This document shows positions 54,867 through 64,000 of a stretch of DNA of 64,000 nucleotides, one piece after another. The translations under genes and the position numbers were made by a program. The notes below the pieces were generated by a model. The model worked only from the letters and a program-made list of their open reading frames with translations, was not told where the DNA came from and ran no database searches. Source of the stretch: Eledone cirrhosa (lineage: Eukaryota); the NCBI GenBank assembly GCA_964016885.1, contig OZ024742.1:291896001-291960000 (forward strand), in the 5' to 3' direction. The first letter of the stretch is position 1. Each line of letters starts with the position of its first letter.

Positions 54867-56197
54867 TAGCAACAAATTCACTCAACTATCAAAAACTGAC
54901 AACTTAAGATTATAAAACCCATTTTCTTTTTCTTCTTTTATTTTTCTTGCTTTTATTTTTGTTCTTTTTGATCTTTCTTATTTTCTTTGCCATCTTCTCT
55001 TTCTCCTCCATCTTCTTATTATTATTATTATCATTATCATCTGAAATGGAGATTATTAACTGGTAGGTTGCTATAAAATAGAAAATATTTCTTGGATTAT
55101 CAGATTTTCTGTTAAAAATATCAATAATAAATGGTGAGGTAGTGCTGGTCAATGTGGGAAGATATTTCAGATTTTTATTGGAAGATATTTCATTTAGACA
55201 CGTATCATTATGTTAAATAATAATATTTCTTTTAAATATATGTAGTCTTATGTTATATAATAATATTTCTTTTAAACATACGTAGTATTGTGTTATCGTC
55301 ATCATCATCATCATTTAATATTTATTTTCCCTGTTAGCAAGGGTTGGATGGGTCATCATAGATCAAGTCAGTACTTAACCACAGCTACTGACCTTTTTAG
55401 ACAAGTCAGAGCCCACATTTTACGTATGTTCTGACACTCTACAAGGTACACTGGGTGCATCTTATCATGGCACCACCACTTTACAGAGTACAGTGAGTGT
55501 GATTTATTGTCAGCTAATAATATATTTGGTCTGGAACTTAGTATATCCACCAATGATAAGAGTAAGTTGTCTGGGTCAGCATGTCAAAGGTTTTTCTGTA
55601 ACTTTGTTTTAATAAATGTTGTCATTTTTCTGTGCTACAACACCCAATGAAAACCTATTGTATACAAAATAACAACTAACCTTTTACAGTCATTTTCCCT
55701 GCCAAAACAGGGATTAGCCTTGCACAACCCCATTTTGCCCTATCATCTGCATGACCTCTCACCAGCCAGCTAGTTTTTCACTTCCTCTACTTCTTTCCAC
55801 ATTCATTTTCATCATTTCTCTCACACATTCACTTTCATCCTTCCACAAACATGATAGCCATGTCATTCCATTTCTTTTACAACTTTCACCACTGGCTCTA
55901 TTCCTTTTACCTAGACACTCTCTTCCTTTCTCAACACATAGCCTAACCATCTCACTCCATTTCTCTTGAGAACATTCATTACTGGCTCTTTTCTCATCAT
56001 CCTCTGCAATTCATTGTGATTCTGAAATTAGTGTACAGAAAAGATTATTTTTTCAATTTAACAATTCTTACTATGTAACTGTATTTGACATTAGTCTCCA
56101 TCAAATATATTCTAAATAAAGTTTAAATATTGTTATCAAAATATGTTTTCAAGAAGAATTTCAATTAATATCTATTTATATTTAAAAAAATTAATAG

Positions 56198-56233
<36 letters not shown>

Positions 56234-57294
56234 GGAAGATTTTTTTTATTAACTACATATTGTAATAATTCTATCATTGAAAGTAACAAGTGTCAGACTA
56301 CATATGAAATTATTTATATAATCTATAAAGTAGATATTGCAATAATAGTTTTATGTAATCTTATGGTTAGTGACAGTAATGACAAATATATTGAAATAGA
56401 AGACAGGTAATGCATAGGAAGAATAATAATTGAGTGAAGAAATGTCAGAAGTTCTAAGTGGAAGAAAGCCACAAAAGAAGAAGACCAAGGAAGTATGGGT
56501 AAAGGTGAAGAAAGCTGATGACCTTCAGGATACAGAACTTCACAAAAATGACACAGGAAAGAAAAAAGTGGAGGGAAACTGTGCTGATTAAAACACATCT
56601 ATCCCATGCTAGCATAGAAAATTATCATCTTCATCATTTAACATCTATTTTTTATGCTGGCATGGATTAGATGGGTCATTACAGAACAATTCAGTACTTA
56701 ATTGGAGTTACTGTCCTCCCAGATTGGTGGCTGGTGGTCACATTTCAAATATGTTTCACTTTTAGCTTGGTTTCTATAGTTGGATACCCTTCCCATCACC
56801 ATCCACTTTACCCTCTGCACTAGGGAAGTTGTCGTGTATGTAATGAGTCCTCTTAACACTTTGTTCAGTATGGTTTTTATGGTTTTATCCTCTTCCTAAC
56901 ATCAAACACTTTTCAGAGTGTATTAAGTGCATTTTATCATGGCACCAGCACTAAGGAGATTGTCAGTCATTTGACATGACTGAAGTGTGGACATAATAAG
57001 AAAGTTACTTATTTTACTTAATCTGTCCAAAATCTTGACTTTTTTCAAAATGATTTGAAAATCACAGGCAGTGTCTTTCATTAGAAATATGGTGACAAAA
57101 GAGTTAAAAAGAAACCAATTTCAATATTTTTATATTTAATGAATGAATTTGTATATTTTTTAGATGTATGTTTGTAGTATAGCGACAGCTTATATTTATT
57201 TTACTAAATCTCTCCAGGTCCTTGATTATTTAAAAAAATTAATTCAAATGTGGTAACAAAAGTGTTTATGAATATATATTTCTTTATTTTCCAG

Positions 57295-57465
57295 ATGCAA
57301 GTTTGCGGTATAGAGACGGCTTACCTGTATTTTCAGTGCCTTTACCTTCCCGTCAAGAAACGTGTGAATTTGTTTTAAAACCAATATCACATACTGTGGG
57401 AGATTTTTTTAAATTTATGAAAGAAGAAGACCATGGTATTGATAATATATCAATATATACAAAAG
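57295..57465 (+). CDS. MCU: Internal coding exon of mitochondrial calcium uniporter (N-terminal domain)
   Basis: Polypyrimidine tract + CCAG acceptor (57291-57294) and GTCAG donor at 57466; 171 bp, phase 1-1. Translates (D)ASLRYRDGLPVFSVPLPSRQETCEFVLKPISHTVGDFFKFMKEEDHGIDNISIYTK, matching the remembered vertebrate MCU segment [51 protein letters not shown]. Confidence 0.92.
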
Positions 57466-59129
57466 GTCAGTTTTTTTCTCTACTCTATTCTTTTTCAATC
57501 AATAGAGTATATTTTGAAACTTATGTTAGCTTATTGTAAACTACTACAATGCAGGTTTAACTATAAACTTGCCAAACAAGTTTAAACTTCCAGAGATGGA
57601 AATATGTGGACAGTCACCTCTGAGAATTAAACCCACATCAACTGTTTGCCAGTCAGCTGCAATGGCAGATGTGGTTTGAATTTCTGCTGGTGACTCTGTC
57701 CACTTTTACCATCGCCATGGCTTTATATGCCTAACTTATGCAAGTGTTCTATAATTAACCTTGCATTGTAGCAGCTTACAATAATCTAACATAATTTCAA
57801 AATTCAAATTTTCCCAGTGCTTCATAAAAATGATTGTTTCTTTGCCAACAGATTATATTTTCATTTTCAACTATGTTCATGTTGGGGCACAGCCTTGGTT
57901 TTATTCAATCATATCAGTCCAGTACTTTTTTTTTCAAGTCTCATATTTTATTGATTTTTTTTTTTTTTTTGTGGAACTGCTAAGTTACAAGACATGGACA
58001 CACACCATATATATGCACTCTATGGGACGTGAGACCGTACATAAGCGCACAGGTCCTTTGCCTGCCTGGGAGATCAGTGACTCCGCTTCAGTCCTGACTT
58101 GGTCTATATGGACCTATCCAACCTTTGCTGACAGGGAAAGTGAACATTAAGATGACAATGATGACAATGATATGTAAATACACACACACACAGTCTTTCA
58201 TTAGAAATCTGGTAGCAAAAAGATTAAATTGTATATATTTATATAAAAACCTCGCATCATAATTTTATGTAAGAGCCTTTATTAAGATATGTTTCAAACT
58301 TGACATAAATAACAAGTAATTTGGTAATAAATGTTGTGAAGAAAAATGAAATGAGATGGCTGGGTCATGTGAAGAAAGAAGGATGAACGTAACTGAGTGA
58401 GAGGAATGATTGAAGGGGAAGACCAAGAAAGATGGAGCTAAAAATGGTGTAGGAGAAAATGAAAGCCAGGTAATTGATGAGGAGGGAATACAGATGGTAA
58501 GGAAAATGGAGAAGCATATGGTGTTTGCAAGCCTAATCCTTACTTTGCCAGAGAAAATAACCATAAAATGCTTGATTGCAAAATCCCTCAAAATTGGTTA
58601 TTTTCAAATTGATTAGAAAATAATAGGCAGTATATTTTATAAGAGATATAGTATTGAAAGAGTTAAACATTAAATACATTCTGCTATTTTTAGAAAAATA
58701 GCAGAATCGGGTCAAAATTTATATTTTGAATAAATTTCAGCATAATTATTCTGGTGAAATTATATGGCAGTCAGCTTGGCATCAATTGTCTAGTACATGT
58801 TTAATGTTGAACACTGTTTTATTCAGTCTAGTGTCTTTATCTTAGATGATATAGTCATATATTCTTTGTTGAACCTTCTGGCTATCTTCAAGTGTTATAT
58901 TTGGTAATATTTATATATATATATAAAATGATGATGATACATATATTCAAACTGTTCACAGAATACATGAAAAAACATTTTTCAAATATTCAATATATAA
59001 TATTTCATAACATTGTTATGCCATAAGATTAAAGGTGAACGGTTTCAAATGAGTACTAATTCAGAGTACTGTTCATTATCTTTCTAGACTATGCATTATG
59101 TATTTCGATAACTGAAACCAATGGTCTGA

Positions 59130-59625
59130 CTAGGAGACAAGGTCATACTGCCAATGTCATAGCTGATTTTGACTATGCTAACAATATTGTGCATCTCAAA
59201 AATACAATTGAAGCTGCACAGGATCTCCTTATCAAAATTGAGAAGGCATACCAGGGAGTTGGTCTGTTTCTGAATGCTCCAAAGATAAAGTACATTCACT
59301 TGGATCCATCTACCAATGAGCCCCTGCACGCATCAGATGGCTCAAATATTGAACTTGTGAGGGATTTGAAGTATCTGGGTGGTTACACTGACTCTGGTCA
59401 TGATGTGGATGTCAGGTCTGCTCAGTTGTGGAGTATACTTCACTCTTTCTAGAAGGTGTGGAAGGCAGCCATCTACAAGGGCACAAAAACAAGTGTGTTT
59501 CTGTATAGAAATGATCCTTTTGTACAGTTCAAAGTTGAGAACATTGAATACAGTTCACTACAAGAAACTCAATGGTACATACACTAGAATGCTATGCTCA
59601 GCATGCAACATCTCTTGGAGCTGAA
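59130..59625 (+). mobile_element. Old non-LTR retrotransposon RT fragment
   Basis: DFDYANNI (decayed YADD region), AQDLL...VGLFLNAPK, FKYLG-like LKYLGG, LLYSS...TYTRML..ACNISW; frameshifted. Confidence 0.7.
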
Positions 59626-60902
59626 TAACATTAGTTTTTTAGTTTTTTAATATATGTGTTATCCGTGAAAATGTCATTAATGTTCTGTTGTATCTATTGT
59701 GTCTATTAGGTTCAAATGTTGATGGAGAATTCAAGGAATCTGGTAACTTTTTTTTTAATATCTCAATTACTACCAATTAACTAATCAACTAAACTCTAAT
59801 CCCTTCTTTCATAAAGGTCAGTAGCAAGTCATTGAGAAAATGTTAACTTCATGGAACATTATAAAGTGTGGATGCTTATAGTTATCAGCCAACAGTATAT
59901 ATTGTCTATTTAGTGAAAGGAACAGAAGATAGGAGTGGTTGACATAAACTGTCTGGGGTGTTGGACAATTTGTCTGGGGTAATAAACTTATCTCTCATGG
60001 GTGATAGAATTAAGCATCATCATTTTACATTTCTTTTCTATGCTGGCATGGGTTATACATGTTATGCAGGTTTGGATACCCTGTCTTGCTTGTATTTTCT
60101 ATATTTTAGCATGATTTCTGCAACTGAATGCCCTTCCTGATACCAACCATTTTACAGTACTGTCTCCCTTTAATCACCAGACACTCTACATTAAGTGGAC
60201 TTAATCCCTCTCAATTTATCTTTAATAAATTTAATCCAATACATAGTATTAATACCACCTGGACCTTGAGTGTCCACTCTGTTTCAACTATTGTAACTAG
60301 GTCCTCTCTTTGAGAATACCTTCCTTCCTCCTTCCTACCAGTCATGGTGGCTCTGAAAAGAGTTATGGGCACTGACTCTCCCTCCCTGACTAAATAATTA
60401 AGAGATCTATGAAGTTTGTTAATGCAATATTAAAGTGTAGTAGAATGTTACCGCATCGCATGAGGTTTCTACAGCTCCTCTGTATGTGGAATAGCTAGTT
60501 AAGCTGTACTTATAACATTGTTATAGGTCTAACACTGCTACATAACTTTGTCACAAGCAAAAATAGACACCATCAATAATTTTTATATATGTTGTAAATT
60601 CCATCTGAACCTTTGGATTTATTATATATGTATACACACACACGCACACACACACATATCCATAGGCATGAAAAAAGAAAACGGTGCTCAATCAGGAAGA
60701 GAACTAATATATTATATTGTTTATTTATGCACTACCTAAGGTTCCAAGGCCCAATATTGAACATATCTCCAGAATGTAAGAGGGATCAAAATTATAGCCT
60801 AATCTTCAGACACTTACATTCTGGAGATATGGTCAGTATTGGACCTTGAAACCTTAGGTAGTGCTTTTGTTCAGTGTATGAACATAAATGAATACTATAA
60901 TA

Positions 60903-61083
60903 TAATTGTTTCTACTTTTGGCACAAGGCCAGCAATTATCCAGTGCATTACTGGTACTTTATTTTATCAACCTTGTAATGATGAAAGGCAAAGTTAACCT
61001 CGGCGGGATTTGAACTCAGACCGTAAAGAGCCGTAACTCAATGCTGCAAAGCATGGCGTCCAACCCTCTGCCAATCCACCGCT
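60903..61083 (-). mobile_element. tRNA-derived SINE family 2
   Basis: Reverse complement of the 17233-17411 family. Confidence 0.8.
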
Positions 61084-61784
61084 ATACTATAATATAATAT
61101 ATAACAGGCTGAATGAGTTGGAGTGTATAACCCAATGAAACTTAAGTACCTGTATAATGTACTGTTGTAACTAATTATACACATGCGCGCGCACACACAC
61201 ACACACACACACACAAAATCATGGATTCTCCCATCAATCTAATTTAAACATATAAGTGTCCAGCAGCTTTAGCTTAGTCAGTTGGCTGATGTCTATCTCT
61301 GACATGTCACTTAAGTCACATCTGATCCTGGGACTGCTTTACTAGATAACCAAGCAGCTGCAGCAGCTTGTCAAGTTTGAGAAGTAAGCAAGCAATGTTT
61401 ATGGACCTCTTTTCCTTCCTCTTCACCAGATTGGTAAAAGCAGTATTATGTTTAAAAATAATTTAAACAAACAGTTGTTTCAATACACCTGATGTACTGA
61501 AGTACCATAATCTAGAAGATAAAAAAACATTTATTCCAATGCTGGGCTATGTCACCGTTATTTTTGTTTTTTGTTCTTTTTTCAAGACCAGACATACTAT
61601 TACTTATTGTCTCTTTAAATATAGAGTGAAACAGCAGGTTAAGCTAAGTATGGCATTTTTTGTGTGTTTGTATGTGTGTGTGTGTGTATATATATAGAGA
61701 GAGAGATATAGATATGGGAGTCTCTGGTTCGATCGGGGGTAATCACAGTATGTAAGGTACTCAATACATCGATAGAGTATATAC

Positions 61785-61893
61785 AACAAATCTAATATAG
61801 AAATGGCTTCTACAGGACTAGAACTGTTTCATATGAAGGAAATCTATGAAACAGTTCTAGTCCTGTAGAAGCCATTTCTATATTAAATTTGTT
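61785..61893. repeat. Long inverted repeat (49-bp arms with 1 mismatch, 11-nt loop)
   Basis: 61793-61833 is the exact reverse complement of 61845-61885. Confidence 0.9.
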
Positions 61894-61910
61894 ATGTATA
61901 TATATATAAC

Positions 61911-62067
61911 GTGGTTGGTGTTAGGAAGGGCATCCAGCCGTAGAAAACCTTCCAGACAGTCTTATATGAGTGAGACATGGTCACCAGACCAATTTTGCTT
62001 CAAGTGGGACAATTCCCATCTAAACCCATGCTAGCGTGGAAGATAGACGTTAAACGATGATGATGAT
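61911..62067 (+). mobile_element. RTE 3'-UTR fragment
   Basis: GTGGTTGGTGTTAGGAAGGGCATCCAGC...CCCATGCTAGCGTGGAA...(GAT)n. Confidence 0.8.
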
Positions 62068-62271
62068 ATTTGAAAAACAAGAGTCCCAGATGGCTAAAAA
62101 TATACAAATGAATAAAAAATATGGGCAAAAACATGAAAATGAATGAATAAAGACAGTTGACCACTAGAAATACATTGTTTTGATGTTTTAGGGTCAATAC
62201 AACTGGCTCTAGTGCCAAGGGACAGTAACAAATAGGCAAAGGACAAGATGATAGTCTTAACAACTATTTAC

Positions 62272-62602
62272 AAATAATGATTCCTACTATAGGCACAAGA
62301 CCAGCAATTTGGGGAGAGAGGAAAGTTGATTGAATTGGCCCCAGTGCATTACTGGTGCTTTATTTCATCAACCCTGTAAGGATGAAAGGCAAAGTTAACC
62401 TCAGCGGCATTTGAACTCAGAATGTAAAAGCCCATAAGACTATGCTGCAAAGTATAGTGTCTGGCGCTCTACCGATACTGCCAATCCATCACCAATCCAC
62501 TATTTACAAATAATTGTTTCTACTTTTGGCACAAGGCCAGCAATTATCCCAGTGCATTACTAGTGCTTTATGTTATCAACCCCGTAAGGATGAAAGGCAA
62601 AT
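62272..62602 (-). mobile_element. Two SINE family 2 copies (one full, one partial)
   Basis: GGCACAAG(A/G)CCAGCAATT...CCAGTGCATTACT...GGATGAAAGGCAAA repeated. Confidence 0.75.
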
Positions 62603-62956
62603 CCATCAAAACAGTGTATCTCCAGGGATCAACTGGTGGGACTACTCTCTGTATTCATTCATTTTCCTGTCTTTGCCCATATTTTTTATTCATATATAAT
62701 ATATGAGTGAGACACAGTCACCCGACACAACTTGCCTCTAAATGGGACAAACCCGTCTAACCCATGCTAGCATGGAAGATAGATGTTAAACGATGATGAT
62801 GATGATATAATACTAATGAAATGAAGTCATCGGCGGAACCGATGTATCTCCAACCGTTCTGTCACTTTGCTTTAATTAAGCGAACATCATTATGATACCA
62901 ACCAAAAAGAAAAGCAAAGTGCTCACGTATACGTTAATAGTGAGAGAAACGATTTT

Positions 62957-62992
<36 letters not shown>

Positions 62993-64000
62993 AACATACA
63001 AAAATGGCATACTTAGCTCAACTTGAGTGAAATAGCATCATAACACCTAGCTCAATATAATTATCTTTACTTTGTTCTGAAGTCTGCGATAGAACAATAG
63101 AATCTGCTCACTGAAAATGGTTTTTTTTCCTTCTACATTCTGGTTAAAAATCTCTACCTTCCTACCTATCTATCCATGCATCTCTCCATCTATGCATGCA
63201 TGCATGCCGCAAAAATATATTTTTCAAAAAGTTAAATATATTTATCAAAGAAATATAATTTGACAGTGAAAATAAAAAGTCAAATAATATATGAAATGGA
63301 CCTCCACCAGTTTTGATTGGAAGTGATCCAGGTCATATGTGTGTCTTCAAGTTATATCTGCATCAGTTTACACTGAGAGAAGGCCATAAATATAAATATT
63401 GGTGTAAATATTTATATTTTTTCAAAATAAACAAATATAGAGGGAACTTGAAAGGAGCCAATCATCAAATCAGATGAAGGAAACAATGTTTTCATTGGTC
63501 TTTCTGATTTCATTGATGTTGCTGATACTGTCTGTCAGTCACAACTCCTGGCAGAAGGAACACCATATACCACCTGGTCAAGAAATTAAATCCACAACCT
63601 TATGACCATGAGTCCAGCATTAACCAGGTTACATGCCTTTACAAGATCAAACAAAAGAAATCTCAGAAACACTATCTGATAACAAACTGCTGATTCATTA
63701 AGCCAACCATTTAATTTCTGGGTGGAGCTGTTGATGATATATTACTGTTGCCAATGGCATTCATACAGCTCTTTGGTTTCTTGGTGAATGATTTATTTAC
63801 TGCTTTGTATATTTGATCTATATATCATAAGAGATGACTAAACAAATCAGCACCTGAAGTACATTCAGCTATAAACCATTATCAGTATGTAGCCTGTTAA
63901 AAAATAGCTTACTTGCAAAGCTAACCCCACTTTAGAGGTAGGGAGAATAGCTTATTTACATAGATATATGTAAATAAGCATGTTCTTTGATAATATTAAG

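Noticed and set aside
57466-57539. Extension of the MCU ORF to the stop at 57539
   Set aside because: Similarity to MCU ends at the GT donor at 57466; the remainder is intron.
58410-58616. 68-aa ORF downstream of the MCU exon as the next exon
   Set aside because: No resemblance to the expected MCU continuation; purine-rich decayed repeat-like sequence.

Overview
AT-rich animal genomic DNA, most likely a coleoid cephalopod such as octopus; this is inferred from the SINE/RTE repertoire and (TA)n abundance, not from a database match. The only recognisable host coding sequence is one 171-bp exon of the mitochondrial calcium uniporter (MCU, + strand, 57295-57465), so most of the window is probably MCU intron. 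About 17.8-52.3 kb is a large (TA)n/(TAAA)n field packed with retroelements: six RTE-clade LINE copies (a seventh lies at 337-2604; one is a near-full-length APE+RT copy), Penelope-like elements (RT + C-terminal GIY-YIG, CxCx5Cx5C linker, inverted pseudo-LTRs), small non-coding inserts and a 311-bp tandem array next to a 200-N gap. The most striking unexplained signal is a set of minimal type-I hammerhead ribozyme motifs read by eye. One sits in every 311-bp monomer (retrozyme-like array). Five covarying copies sit in Penelope pseudo-LTRs, and further distinct ones lie in small TA-embedded elements, some with a CCGANGA core. The flanks carry two tRNA-SINE families, TTAA/piggyBac-type MITEs, a decayed Tigger/pogo transposase, a Helitron-like 5' end and minisatellites. 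No folding, alignment or database search could be run; all pairings and identities are from manual inspection.
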